Part shown: one piece after another, positions 39,601 to 54,419 of the stretch
Numbering within the stretch: the stretch's first letter is position 1
How the letters are laid out: the number at the start of each line of letters is the position of its first letter
Source: Fimbriosthenelais zetlandica
Taxonomy: Eukaryota
Length of the DNA stretch: 64,000 nt
Reading direction: 5' to 3'
NCBI GenBank assembly: GCA_977030845.1
Contig: OZ365110.1
Coordinates: 27,156,001-27,220,000, forward strand
Translations under genes and position numbers: made by a program
Notes under the pieces: generated by a model
Databases searched by the model: none
Told to the model about the DNA's origin: nothing
What the model saw: only the letters and a program-made list of their open reading frames with translations

Positions 39601-40982
39601 TTACTTATCTGGCAGGCGTTACTAGGTGCGGGCTGAGTGAAGCATTGATTATTCGGCGAGCTGGCGTTGCAGCTGGGGCCTCAAAGGAGGGTTTGATGGC
39701 AGACTTCTGGCTAAATGATTAATTAGATCCTAAAATATGCTCCCAGTCTTCTCATGCTAAGTGTGTGCATGTCCTTTCAAGAACCAGCCAACCCCCCAAC
39801 TCAAGCTCTGCACACCAAGGATCTTAAAGGTTCATTCCAGCAAAGATCCAAACCACCTATAGCGTAATATGATTAGGCAGGTTTAATCTTGTAGATCAAG
39901 GAACTCGACTAAAGACTGCATCCCTCTGTAGAAACGTGTTAAAACATTTTAATTCCCATACCCCTCAGCTTTTTGCAGGCCTTCCATTAGACCCTGTCCC
40001 CCACCCAACATTCCCAACACAATGCTTTGGTCTGAGATTAAAGCACACGATATAATGGACTGGCTTCTTGGGTTTGACAGGTCAATCTGAGCAAGTACTT
40101 AGTTTTCAGGGCTTTATCTGCTTGTTATTAAATGAAGTGTACTAAAAGTTCATGAAAGTATATACCCACTAGATGTTCCATAATTAGTCAGAACTCTATG
40201 TGGCTTCAGTCAGCCTTTCCATGGCTTCCTTCGGCTCCCCTCCCCCAAACAGTGGAATAGAGAGAGCCTGCTGTAAATCTATATTAACAATTTGTCGGGG
40301 AAAGAAGAGGGAAAAAAGAAGACAAATCGGGAGGCAGTGCCTTGCCTTCATCACCCATACAAATGTAGTCTTCGCGACACATGGTAACATCATCGGTCCA
40401 CGGGAAACAAAGCTTTTCTGAAATATGTCGGAGCAAATTAGCCCGTATCGGATGTAATCCCGTGGACCGACAGCATAAAAGGAACAAGAAAAATACATTA
40501 GCTCACATCCTACTCACATTTAAGGCCCGCGATTCCTACCTCGCACATGACCACATGTCTGTTCTCTCCCTCTATTATTTTCACTTTCATCCATCCATCC
40601 ATCCCATTCATCTACCGGTCGACTCTTCCTCTTCATCTGTGCCAAAATAATTCAAATGTCAAAATATTCATTCACTCAGATATCCTATACATTAACTTGA
40701 TAGACATAATATATAATATATATAAGATGCATGGTGCCTACATTGGCTATACGTTATTGAAAAAGGAGGACGTTTAACTTACACTTTTCTTTATATTTTT
40801 TCCATATAATAATTATTTTTTAATTTTGTACAACGCCACTCCATAGTTTACGTAATAATATATTAAACGACTATTGCATACCTTTTTTCTTTCAGAGATG
40901 TTTTCCAGGTTTAAGTCTATTTTTCCCAGCAGTGCTCTGGCGGATGTTAATATTTTTTCTGACACTAAAATTTGATTTGTAG

Positions 40983-41150
40983 GGTGCATCTTCAAGCTTG
41001 GTTGTCAAATTCGCCGATACTGAGAAGGAGCGCCAGCTAAGACGCATGCAGCAGATGGCTGGACCGCTTGGCCTACTAAATCCGTTCGCACTCACACAGT
41101 TCGGCGCTTATGGTGCTTATCCTCAGGTCCCTCAGTCTGTCAGCTCTCAG
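40983..41150 (+). CDS. CELF4-like: CELF3-6 coding exon: end of RRM2 and start of the divergent domain
   Basis: Acceptor tttgatttgtag (AG 40981-40982) and donor gtaaat (41151); 168 nt, phase 0 to 0. Translation [57 protein letters not shown] possible upstream donor lies at 41127. Confidence 0.95.
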
Positions 41151-44100
41151 GTAAATATTTAAACCGTTTCTGAAATAATTTACAAATATTTCTTATTATT
41201 TATCTCTAATATGTCAACGTGATGATTCATAACTCATGGAATTATCCAGACTTTCTATCAACTCATGATTTATAAAGCTTGAAAAGGGCCTATTTTCCCA
41301 GACTTTTTGGGTTGATAATACGCATGCAGCTTACTGCAGACCAAACTCCGGAAAATGTTGATTAATGTCTGCTTAAAATCTTTGTTTATTTTTAAAATGT
41401 CTATGGGAAATCTGATTAATTGACTTTTTAGTCTAGGCCATTATTTATTGGGGGCAAGATTGTGGGAAGCACGTCTTAGAATAGGATCACATATTAAGGG
41501 GGATAATCCGCACAGAATGAAAAAAATAGTGAAAATATTAGAAAAATATTAATAATCTGATTTCCATAATGTGCAAAAAGCTGCATATCTAATGGCGCTA
41601 TTTGAATATAAAAATGGGCCACCTGCCCGGCATTAGATCCTCTGCAGCCCAGGCCGAGATTTAATAGATTGGACGGCAGGAACTGAAATGACTTGCCTTG
41701 GAGCATGTTTTGCAATCTGCCATTAATATTTATTACATAATGCAGTGATTTGTTACTGGCATAATTTAGCTTGGTCCCCAGCATTTTACCTCTGATTCCA
41801 ATTAAAGCACCATGAATAACTTCAAATTGTTACGGGCTACGGCCGTTTTCTTGTGCGCAGTTGATATTTTATGGACTCAGCGATTCTCAACCTGCTGCAA
41901 TTGCTGGTGCGGACTAAGAAAAATGTATGGCGGAGAAGTCCATTAGACTGATGCATAATGCAATTCAGTCTATGTCAAGTTGGCCAAAGCAATATTAGTC
42001 TTTGGGACGTGAGGATTGGCATAATTCGTCCGATCAGATGACACGAGGTATTGAATATTTATAGCAAATAATGAGGGGCCAACATTGTTTGAAGGACACC
42101 GAGAGGACAATTGGAAGATAGATATAAGGGAGTCTCTTATTAGGCCCTACCATCGAGTGGATTCAGCATCAATTTAGTCCCATCGTATTTAATCAAACAC
42201 AAAGGATAATAACCTAGCTATCACAATGAATGACAGGTCTGGAAGTAAGCCATACTAATGAATGATATTGCTTTTCTTTACATGCCAGTTATTTTCGGTC
42301 CCGGTAAGGGATCTAGTGGAGGGAGGTGAGAAGGTCGCTTGGAATGGAATTCATTAAAAAGAAGGGGCGGGGATAGGACGTCAGGATTAGGGGTTCTGGA
42401 AGTTCCATTATCGGGATATCGCAGGCTCTTAAGCTAGATTAAAATTCCCTTCTGGAATATAAAATCTTTCAGCCGCTGGAATGGGGAGCTAACTGCTGGC
42501 CCATGTTCCTAAATGCTTTTTGGCTTTTCCTTAATAACTATTGTTTTTAGGACGCTGAACAAATTTTACATCATTTATTCACTTGATTACGTTTGTCCAG
42601 TCCTTGCAAGGAATACATGATGATGATATGAGAAACAACGTACAGCAAACTTTAATATCTTGAAGGAATTTAATCCAGAGTGGATTCAGTTTCTTAGCTC
42701 AGTGGTTTCCACGAAGATACAGTATCATTGGCCTGCAGCGTCTTCTGTCCCTTTCCCCCTCCTACTGCTCCACTCCAGCTATTCCCTTGCCTTCTTCTCC
42801 TATTTTTTCTCCCACTTTCCATACAAATAGCTGAGGAGGAGTCTTGATACAGCTTCCATTATCAGATCAGAGTGGTTAAGACTGCAGGCTGTGGATCAGG
42901 TGCCAGCCAGGCCAATAGCCTTCCTACTTGCTACATCTTCGTGAAAGCATGGAGATACGAGGTAAAGATAGGACTGCAGTGACTCTGTAGCACTGATAAG
43001 TTAACACCCCTTCTCTGCCACCCCCACTGCCACCCTCTCCCCCACAATGCTGAAGAAGGAGTTGTTGCTTGTGATTGTGTAGCAGGGTAGGCTGTTGCCT
43101 AAGCCCTTGCCTTCTGTAACAGTGCAACAGCACGAGCAATCATCAAGCCCCCACATTCCCTGGGAGGGCTGGAGGATCGAGGAGCAGGCAGGCGTGGAAA
43201 CCCCCTGGGGTGCAGCAGTCCCATCCGATGTGGACTTTTGAATATTGATTTAAGTTTCTGGTGTTACTAGGTTACCCCTCCGTTGTTTGGGCCCGCTGCA
43301 AGAAGAGGTTGTGAGGGGTGGCGGGGTGGAAGGGTGGGGAAAGTAGGGTGTACCCGTTTTGGGGCCAATAAACCTAATTCCCAAGGCCAGGATGATTCGA
43401 GATAGATAGATTGCATGGCACTGACTAGAGTTTCAATTCAAGCCATGGCGATGTACTTTATAAATCATGGATGTCACGGCTGCCTGCCAGAAAGATTTCA
43501 CGCTCCAGTAAAACACATGATCTGGTGATCCTTAATCGCATGTTCTGTATGTAATTAGGATTGGAAGCTCATTAATATTCATGAAAATTTAAGACTGTTT
43601 TCTGGCTTTTGTCATCGTAAAGGGAGACTGGAGACTGCTCCTGCATGTGCTGCACTATAGCCAAAGGCTCATCCTAACTCCTACTCAATGAACCATCTAT
43701 AGGCAATCCGTTTATATCGCTCCCCACCCCAAATGCAATGCTCTGAAATGACTGGCCACTACCAGCATCCAGAATTTCACCCACAGATGGCCAGTATAGA
43801 ATAACAGTGAACATTTACTGATTCTAAAATATTGTCAATGCAATTTATCTCGCGGTTGGCATTGGTTGAGTGGTATATGTACACGTATTTCATTTTAATG
43901 TTTTGGGCGGATAGAAACTGAGTAGCCTGTGGGAATTTGGTCTCCTTAACAGACTTTAAACAGGATGGGTCTTCCAGTGCATTCCCATCCGCCCACTGTT
44001 CTTTCTATATAGGATGAACCCTGGATGTACATTTGGTTTGTGTTGGAGGGAGAGAGAGCACTCGACAAGCTAGCAGTACGTGTCCAAAATCCACACAGCT

Positions 44101-47100
44101 CACACACTGAGTTTGTTCTGGGCCGACGGGCAAACGTACGTGGCAGGCATGGGCAAGGCATAACCTTCCACTTCCACATCTGCCAATCAATGATCTATGC
44201 TATCCTGCACCCAGTCTATCTCCAAGATGCTTCTGCTTCAAATCTCTGAAGTAGAAGCAATGGTTGAGCCCCCGCACAGGAGCCCTATAGATATCATAGG
44301 AGCCAATGCTGAGCACTTCCATTTGTTCTTTTAGAAATCCCAAAGAGTGCAGAATAGCACTGGGGATTCAACCTCAAGCTGTGATGCCTATAAACAAAGA
44401 AATTTGAATAGATTTTCCGCCATCCAAAGGGACTTTGATGAATGTTTTATGAGGCTGGGAAAAGATTAATGGTAGAGCTTAAGGAATCAATCCAGTGCCT
44501 CTCAGAAGGCTATAAAAGAGGCCCATTGGTATTGCATGGTGAGCGGGCCCAAGGCCCAAGATGATGGTATTGGGTCCACATGCGGTCTGGGGGTCCTGAA
44601 GCATAACTCATTGCTCAGTGTTTAGGGAGAGGGTGGCAGAAGATAGGAATAGATTGTTGGGATCCTATCCCACACTCCCTCCCACACTCTCTTGACCCCT
44701 TTAACCCTCAGTTCTAACAAATATAGGTCACGATCTCCAATAAGCCTATATAAGGAAAGAGCTGCTCACATGGGATTATCGTTCATATATACGCTGATCA
44801 ATATGACACATGAATTAAAACATGCCATTATAAGCTTTGCCTTTCTCTGTGTATAATTGTTTTATGCAGCGTTCATGTTGCTCTAGGTCAGAAGGCATAT
44901 TATATTCCATTCTAGCTACATTTGGCCCAGAATGAATAAATAATTTTATGTCAGGGAATGGATGAATCCATCAATTGTTCAGGGTGTAAACTGCCCTCCT
45001 TTGGAAATGTGTGCTGGGAGTATTTTTCTTCAGAGAAAGGCTTTATATTTAATTCCTGGATTTTGTAACAGCTGCACCAGATATCAATCACCACCCAATG
45101 GTGGTCATAAATTATAATACAATGGCAAATTGCATGATGTGTTTGTTAACCAATAAGCAAAATGTTTCCATTTGAAAAAAAAATAACACACTCGTACTTA
45201 AAAATTAATGAAGAAACTATTCCACGAAAGGCAAGCCCTTTAACGGGGAATATTTCGGTGCTTGAAGCTTTGAATCTGTTAAAAAAATTTATGTCACTAA
45301 GTCACTGAGTACAGACTGCATAGCTTATTGTAGTATGAGGGGAAATGTACCCTGGAAGGATGCTCCAGACTTGGCAACCCTCCCCCCTTACCAACCAGCC
45401 CTGACTGAGATTCCCCCGCTCCCTACCAGCGGGATAACAGATGGGGAGGGACACTAGGGCCCACTCACCCATGGGAAAAGGTGGGCATGAAAGAGCCCGA
45501 GGGGTAAAACCAGCTCTACCCTAGAACTAAATGACCTTCCATAGAAGGAACACCTGGGAAAAACTGCTCTACCTAGAGTACTAGAGAGAGATGAGTGTAT
45601 ATGTGTGGATCGTAAAGCCAAGTGATGCTTGGAGCGAACATTTACTAGCCTTGACTAAAGGGATGCTTATAGGCGTTTGTGGTTGTTGCTTGCTTTGATG
45701 GATAGTTGAGTATCATTATCAAGTACTTGCCCACCCCCTTTGCCATGGCCCATATAGATAAGGGCTAGGATGGTGGCGGCAGACAGAAGGGGACTGGCTT
45801 CTTTGCTACAATCTGACTTGACTGGCAGCCAGAAGGATCAATGGACAAAGTGTATCGACTTTTTTCACCAGTCAGCCCCTCCAAACAACCTTCTCCTCCC
45901 TTTTCTCTCTCCCTACTACTTCATATATGCACCATGCCCATAGGCAAGTCCACAACCTGTGCTTTCCAACTAGGCAGCCACATGACAGTTCCATTACGTT
46001 GCTGAATACTTTCTGACCTCTTCTGCGGCCCATTTGAATAGGCTACATTCAAAATTACATGCCCTGCGCCTGCCCCTTCTCTTCCGTTCGTATTTACCTA
46101 AGGTATTTTGCCCGCGAGCGTCCGAGTGGATTGCACCCATAATAGGGTGTCAGTGGTGTGTCCATGTGTGCGTATGTGGCCTTCTATCACTCCTGTCTAT
46201 TATCAGTCCCTTTAGATGAAGCTGTTGCGGGCTCATATTGCTCTGATCTTCAGGCTTGAACCATTCACCCAGCCTTCCCTCCCCGACTGTTGAAGCACTG
46301 TCACATATGCTCTATCGGAGCCAACGCTATTCTATGGCTTCAGCCAGGGGCACTTAAAAACGGAGGCCCAGTAACCAGTATACTTCAAAGTTTCACATTG
46401 CAACTTTCATCACGTGACCTCCTGGATGTTTTAAGAGCTGCAAACTGCTAGCAGCCATTTGCTATCACTTATTTATCCCGGGCTGCGAGGGTCGTGAAGA
46501 TGTATCTTTTAACCATCTTCGTGATATCGCTTGGGGCAACGGGGGCTTTTACTCCCAAATAAGATCCTGTCGACGTGGGAGGCTGTTGGCATGCGCTGGT
46601 TTTTAATCCTATGTTACCAGTCTACTCTTCACGGCCTTACATTGAAAGGCATAAAATGGAGAAGAGGGGAAGGTATAAGTGTTAAATGTAGCAGGAGACG
46701 AGGAAAGCGAGAAGAGTGAGAGAAGAGGTAAAACGAAAGAGAATAAAAGGAGAGATGGGAACAGGGAGAAGTATAGATGGAAATACAGTATCATGGTGAT
46801 CAAGTATAAAGATGCAATATGTAAAAGGGAATTTTATCGACATAAACTTATGGCAGAAAGATATAAAAAAGAGACTTGCTTGGGATGACGAACAAAGAGG
46901 GAGAAGAAGTTTTAAAATGGATCAAGGAAGTTTATTATAACTTCTAAAGGATAAAAGTCGAGACTCGTGTATAGAAGTCTATTCGATTGGAGAAGGTAAC
47001 TGGCAAAGAAGCGGCAGAGGGATGCCACGTTAGATTGTCTATAGAAGTATAAGGCGGGGAGGAGGGAGAATGGGGAGGAACGAGGGGGGGTATTCCAACC

Positions 47101-48999
47101 CATCCCCCATCCCCACTGCACCACCCAACCCCCAACCTTTCCACAGAGCACCCCCTTGTGGCGTCTGCCACACGTCAAGACATGCCGATTGCTCGCCAAC
47201 TTGGACTACAATCTCTGGCGAACCAAACATTCAATACATTATAAATGAGGCAGCCTTAAAAGTTTGAAGCACTTGGAGTTCAGCTTGTGTGGGGTAGCAC
47301 TATATATAGGCGGGGAGAGGCAGAGTGGGATTGGGAACAGAAGTATGAGCGGAGGGGGCAAAGGCAGGAGTAGGGGTATGTGGGCTCTATGGGAAGGAGA
47401 AGAGGTGATGAACAAAAGAGAGGGAATGATAGGAAGAGAAGATAATTAAGGACTATGAGAGGCAAAAGAAGAATTCCTCTATAATAGTGAAGGAGGCAGT
47501 GAGGACGTAGTGATGAATATGGTCAGAGCTTTTCAATGAATGGGTTACTGCCCTATTGCATTGATACAGAAAAGAAACGAAGCAAAAAATCATAGCACTC
47601 TCTAATGATGTGGATATAAATGACCACTCAGCAACCAAGATTAAAGCGGGTAGGAACTCTAATTAACTAATTAATGGGCCCCTATATCGTCTTTATTGTG
47701 AAATAAGAGGAACCTAATAGCAAATTATATTACAGGGTTTTTTTTCATTCTCGAGTCGGTGGGCCATAAGTAAAGAACTAATCACATAACTTAGCACCGA
47801 GAGAAAAGACCCGAGTCTGAGACAAATAAAATAACCTCCCCCATTGGTTATTTACAGTGGCTTGCAGTAATAAATCTTCGACATAATTGCAGCATTAAAA
47901 GGTATTAAGTACAGTACGCTCCGCAATGTCAAACAGCATGGAAGAACAAAATGATCTCAGATAAATCCATCTCTTTCAATCCCAACAAAGCAACCAGAAT
48001 GAGCATTCCAAACAAAGAAATTTTCCCCAGAAAAAAACAAGGACCTGGGGGAACTAAAGTGAACTATATATGGAAAACCTGACCGAGCCATTAATCTTGC
48101 TGTGTAAAAATAATTTTCCATAGAGGTTCTTGATCAATGTGATGTCGAGATAATTGTATTATTTCCTATGGAGGCAGTCATTAGTTTTCCCTGTTGACAA
48201 TACTCTAGCCTATTTACAATGGGCCTGACCAGCTAGGAATAACAAGTATAATGCAACACGGCTGGGCTCATTTTAAGCATTTCCCATGGTCTCATCTAGG
48301 GGACGTGATTAATAAAATGTATGCCCCTTTTGTGTTATCTCCAGCTGAGCTCCAGTAGTCACGCATCACTAGTTGTTTTCACGCCCGTCATCCACCGTTC
48401 TTCATGCTAGCACAATTATTTGTAAAGGCTTTTCCTCCTCATAGTCCAATGCATTGCATTCAATCCCGCAAATTCAACCTGAAAATTTCCATTTAAGAGA
48501 AGTTGCATCATTACACGCTGATGAATATTTGAGAGGCGTAGCACTGGTAGACAAATTGCTTTCGCTCATAAAAACTGGTGAATAGATGGGATCGGTGGAG
48601 AGAGCGATGCCGATGACGTTCGCCCCTTGCTGATTGGTGAGCTGATCAACTCATAATTGTGCTCGTCTGGATCCACTCCTTGCCTTGAAGAATTAGACTC
48701 AGCATAAGGCAACAATGGCCTACATGGAAGTGGGTGAGGGTTGGCGAGGTTGGGTCTATTGAACAATGGATGTTGCGCTGCAGAACCGAAAGTCAGTCGC
48801 CAAGAGTGGCTGCATGCAAAAGCAATGTAGAGGGAGAGCGTGAATGAGAGGAAAGGGAAGAGTGATTGAAAGAATAAGGCTGTGAGAATAGCCTCCGATT
48901 GCTTAAGGCATTAATGACCAACTTGGCTCAGAGCAATGCTAAATCAAGCTTTTACAGTATGTTGGCCTCGGTGGTAACATTCAATGAGCCATCGTTAGC

Positions 49000-49941
49000 T
49001 TAAAGGGCAACTAATGGCTATTTTAAAATAGCATTTTTTGACTTTTGACAATTCATGTTGAGTAAAGGTATCATAAAATGTTAAGGCATCGTTTAATCAC
49101 TAATTTTTTTATGAGTTATTTACCCTAGAAAGTGTAAAATATGTAGTTCCCACTGAAACCGCCGGATTTAAAAGCGCTGTAGAGCCAGGGGAGTGTGACG
49201 TCACAAATCTGCATTGATCGTTGAGAGAAAATGGCTTCTGATGATTCCTACTGTACAAATAGGGCAGTTCCGAGAAAGCCAGTGGTATAGGGTATAGGGT
49301 ATAGGGTATAACTATATTGTTCCAAACACTTTATAGATGAGATTGTCCTTTACTTTTTTAATCCAGTTAGGACTAATTAACTAAAAACGTCCCCTGTCAA
49401 ATCGTGTACATGATAGTGGGGAACAGTGACCAGGAGGTGAAGGGGTGTACCGGGCAGAAGACGCCGGGAACACGGCTAAGTGAGGCCTATAATACTAATA
49501 GGCGTTATTAACTGAAGTACTAAAAAAATATATTGCCTACACTTTACCCCCGCCCCCACAAATCAACTGCACTTTGCTGACTTTCCCATATAGGCTATAT
49601 AGAGCCGCCAAGTGTAATGCATGTTCTCTCGCAGTGGAAAGGTGCATGCTCTCTCCCACGTCGGCGCTCGGGTGTTTACAAACATAGAAGCCTCAGAGCA
49701 AGGCTCAGAGCGGGCTCAGTGTGGGTGGGGGTGCAGATTTGTGACGTCATGCGCTACTGACCACGCCACCTACTGTCTCAACGAACCGTTTTCAGACAGG
49801 TGTCAAAATAGCTCCAAAAACGCAGGATTTATACAAATTTCGAATTACGAAAAAAATATTTGGAACGACTTTTCATTATTTAAACACTATTTGGAACATG
49901 TTTATGCATAGTCATGTATAGCCCCACGAGTTACACTTTAA
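49000..49941. mobile_element. Non-autonomous DNA transposon, Kolobok-like (TTAA target duplication, AG...CT termini)
   Basis: TTAA at 49000-49003 and 49938-49941. The ends AGGGCAACT and AGTGTAACT (reverse complement of the right end) form an imperfect TIR. A perfect 18-bp internal inverted repeat sits symmetrically (49196-49213 and 49732-49749; 192 and 188 bp from the ends). No transposase ORF is present. Confidence 0.6.
49284..49310. repeat. (GGTATAG)n short tandem repeat inside the TTAA-flanked element
   Basis: ggtatag ggtatag ggtatag ggtata (about 3.9 copies). Confidence 0.85.
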
Positions 49942-52900
49942 ATATGAATTGCGATCGGCAAGTGGAATCAGTATGTTTTATTGATGGCATATGGTCTTTG
50001 TTTAGAGGACCAGCCTGTCGGCACGGTGAAGGTCTTTGTGTGGGGAATGGATTCAGATCAGTGTTTGATATTAAATGACAAGCCAGCATGAGGGTTGGAT
50101 GCACAGGCTAAGTAGTAAACAGGTGTCACAATGCCCTCAATGGGCCAGAGGGGCCATAAATGTTTTGAGTTGCTAACAGATCTACATTGTGTGTCATAAT
50201 ACATGTGTGCCAGACGGACGAATGTCATGGGACCATACGGGTATCCATATAATATGATCCTCACCCTTAAGGCCTTCATCTGTTTCATATACTGGATTAA
50301 AAAGCTATGGTTTGAAAGTATAATATATTCATATTTGGAATATAAATATCATGCCCATGTTTTTCCTTTAAAATCAATGGAGGTAACGATGTGTGGAAAA
50401 TGCCTAAGGGTCATCGCATGTTGTCACATGTACAATTGTAACCGCCTTTGAAATGTAAACAGCGTTCTGGTGTCATTGACAAAGGACCTTGTCCACTGGC
50501 TTAGGGAAGGTAATATTGATGACTTGGAGGCAAATAATCCAGTAACAATGAACACTGAATCTATTATCACTCTCCGGGGTGCATTTCCATTACATCACCA
50601 TTCCATAACAAGCCTAGCGTTGACACTCACCACAAAAGATGAAAAACAATGGGCTGCTCCACACACTGTCCGCAGCATTAATGATTTCATATTGCGCACC
50701 ACATCTAGTTGATATCATTTGCAATGCTCTACATCTTTAATGAGTGTGACCCATTTGTATAGTCGGCGGGAGAGGGAGAGAGGCAGAGAAGTAGAGAGAG
50801 TAGGACAGATATTGACAGCCTTCCACCTCTTATCTCCTCCTTCAAACATTGATTTTTAGATAAAAGTCAGGGTTAGGATGATGCCGCTGTTCGATGGACG
50901 ACTTTTGAAGCCGATCGACATCTCTTGGTTAGGGAAGTGTTTGCCTCAAGAGGGAAGAAGCAGTAGGCGAGGTGATGCCGAAGGGAAAGGGAAGGGAGGG
51001 GTCTAGTTATTTGCCCTCTTTCTGATACACACACAATCAAGCGGCCAAACCTTGGGTAATATGGATCAGAAGAGTCTCATTTAGTCAGCGGATCTGGCAC
51101 CGGAGCGCCAGCTGGGGTCATGCTGACTCCCCATCCGCCGTCACTGTGCCTGTCACAAATGAATCTCCCATGCATGACAAATACTGGCCTTGCTGTGCTG
51201 GTTAGGAGAGGGCTTTTGTCTGTTCGCTGGGGTGGCTGGGTGGGGGTCTTTGCTGATGGGAGCAGCCAAGGGCTGGAGGGCGATCAGGTCCAGGCTTCGC
51301 ATGTCACACTCAGATTAGCCATTGGATACTCGGGCTGGTTCTTGGCGCGGAGGAAAATCTGGAGGAGAGAGGAGGCTGGGGGCAGACTGTTAAGCAGGAG
51401 TTCAGTGAGGGCAAGATGGACTGGCATATTGAACACCCTCATTGATCTCTAGTCTGCCTATAGCTAGATCTGCCCTGCAGCAACCACCATCTTAGACAAA
51501 GTGATCAGTACAGCCTTGACCGCCCCAAGGCGAGCCACCATCAAGAAAAAAACCTTTGCTTTCAATCATCTCACCCGTCAAGCCAAACTGGTCCAAACCC
51601 AAATATTTTTTCTCCTTTTGCCTTTGATATACACCGAGCACAAAGTGTGCAAAGACAAATACACTCTGATGTGATAATCATACACAGGTTCATGTCTTTA
51701 GTTTAGGATTGAAAGTCAGGGCTAAGGTCCATATCTCGAGATAAATGCCATTCTGTTTGGATGTACCATACACTTCCACATCCTGTATGACACAAAAACA
51801 ATGGAGACAGACACCCCTCATCCAATCTCTATCCCATTACCATCAAGCTGACTTTAAGGCCATTCCTGTGCCTGTCCTCGACACATCAGACTAATGCCTA
51901 ATTCACATTCATCTCAGGGCATCCGCAGAGCAACAACAGTACAATGTTAGAGTGATGTGAAAGCTACAAGTGCCCATTGTCCATTATCCCCAGACATCCT
52001 CTACTCCATTCCTCGAAGAAAATGCATACTTTCCATTCCAAGCCCTCATTTGATTCACTGTTTATTCTTCCTCTGTCCTTTCAACAGCCGACTTAATTAA
52101 AGGCGCCCTCCGATTTGGCAAATTGCCAGCAGCCACCAAGGCCAGGGTCGAAGTGGGGGGAAAGGTCAAGGACAAACCTTTGAGGATGTACTAGGTCACG
52201 CTTTTAGTTCCAATTTATGCTCACAGTGCCGTGCATGACAACGCTAAAGCCACCCAACGCAAGCTTGCCTGTGTCTTTCCTCCATTTTGATGTACTACTA
52301 CTTTCACAGTACTGCGAAAATAAACCCTCAGACCTGCTTTTAGGCACTTTAAACCAAGGGCTTTGGACCCTTTCACCCCAATTGATCTTATGCATCAAAT
52401 CCATTGAGATTTCCCTTTGAAGTTGAATTGTTTTTTGCTAATATATACCATCTAAGTAGGCCACTCAAGGCGAAGAGGTTATGAGCATTCCTCAGTGGGA
52501 TTTGAGATTCCTTTGTTAAAAATGTGGTCCGCAAGGATGTTCAGATTATGCACCAGGCAAAGAGCTTACACATGATCATGATGAATGCTAGTTTTTGTGT
52601 TTGCTTCCATGCAGGGCACAGCTTCATTGAAATCCTTGTAATCACATAAAATGAACTACGTGCAGAAGCAGCACTCCTATAACACAAGGCAGAGGGCCTT
52701 CAATGTAAAGAATGCTGCTATTTACAGGTGACATTTTTATTAGCTGGAGACAAGGTATTCCATACACGCCGTCTATAGTTACAAAAAGCTTCGCTTGACG
52801 ATGGAGCGTCTGATATATAAAGGAAGCAAAAATCAAGGGGGTCTGTAGCATTATAATATAGAACAAACGCCAGTTATAAAGCCATCTTGTTTGGAACATC

Positions 52901-54419
52901 CGACTCTTTGTTCTCTGCTGTTAAGTCCAAGAGGAAGGCCTTTATAGAGTGGTGTTTGCTGGTAACCATGGCAACACACAGAGGAGATCCTTGTCTAGTG
53001 TCAGGTAAATGACAGGTGCGCTCTAGGATTACTTTCTACGATGTAGTGCAAAGGTATAGCATTAATATAAAGGCCAGAGAAATGGGTTTTGTTTCTCCTA
53101 TATAAGATTTATTCTTTCAAGATGTAATAGATGCTTCAAGGAAGGTTTCAGAAACGGTGCTATATACAGTCCTTCTGTAGCGCATATTAATAGGCTAGGA
53201 GACTTTATTTTACTTATTTTAATTATGCCGATCCTAAAAGCATAATGAACTGGGTAAACTTTAAACCTCATCGGCTAAGAACTCCCAAAGTTCGGAGCAT
53301 AATAAATGGACATAATTATGTCTGCCTTCCATTTGCTTATATGTTGTGTACGGATACAGATATCAAAGCACAGTAAAATGTTTACAGAGGTTAGCAGAGC
53401 AAATGCTAATATAGTTTAGCAGGTATAATGAGATATCCCATTAAAGGCTTTTAGTAATTAGGCCATTGTGATTCAGGGGCAGGCATCGATGGCAGTTAGA
53501 TATTTATGGTTACGGCTATAACCTTTAGAGGTAAAAAGCCCCTCTCTACAAGGCCCTTAACTTGGGTCTCATACTGCAGCCAGCAAACCTCCATCAGATG
53601 TGTTCATTATTCATGCGATTAGCTCGCGGATGAATTCATCCCGGATGGACATCATTCGATACGCCCTGCACTCAATGGCTATGGGCTGAAGAAGGGCTGT
53701 AGCAAAAAGGGTATGTGGTCAGAGAGAGAGAGAAGGGGAGAGGGGGAGAAGCAACTATGGTGCAAATGCAGGATAGAGAGGGAGAAGGAGTACATGATAG
53801 AAAAGTGCAAGTGAGAGAGTGGGGAGATGGAGAGAGGAAGCCTGGGTGGGTAAAATACATCATGCCACAAAGACGTTGAAATAAGCTGAGTCCCAGTGGA
53901 GCAAAGCTCGAAGCTGGAACTATCGTGTGGCTACTGTGGCATGGAGACCTTTTCCTGACACCCCACTCTGGGTCAGCCAAAGGGAGACTACAGAACTCTA
54001 TCATCCACGGGCTCAGGCTAGAATTATGGTGGCCTCCCAACAACCAGTCGGGGATCAAGTCTTTTATCACCTAGAACCAAAGACAGTTTGGATCTGGTGC
54101 AAATTGCAGGAAAAAATCCTTCAATGGCCTCCATCTCCCAAATCCCCAACGTTCATAGACTAGCAAAGTGCTCCCATTCAATTAGGTCTTTATTATATGG
54201 CAACTTTTTATTATGCCAGTTTCATTTATATGCCCTTCAATAACCAACCAAGTTAAGACAATATTATAGCCTGAGCAGCTACGCGATGCATATTTATATC
54301 AGTTTCAAGGACCGTACATGCTTGGGGCTGTAAGTTCTAAAAAAAGCCATTAGATGTTAATTATTTCATGATGCATACATGAGTGATGTTAAACTTTGCC
54401 TGTTTTTTCTTTCTTGCAG

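Noticed and set aside
39118-39636. Longest ORF in the track (172 aa) and overlapping ORFs
   Set aside because: It arises from a pyrimidine-rich low-complexity tract (F/S/L/C-rich) and shows no recognisable domain; the opposite-strand K/E/Q-rich reading is short and bounded by stops.
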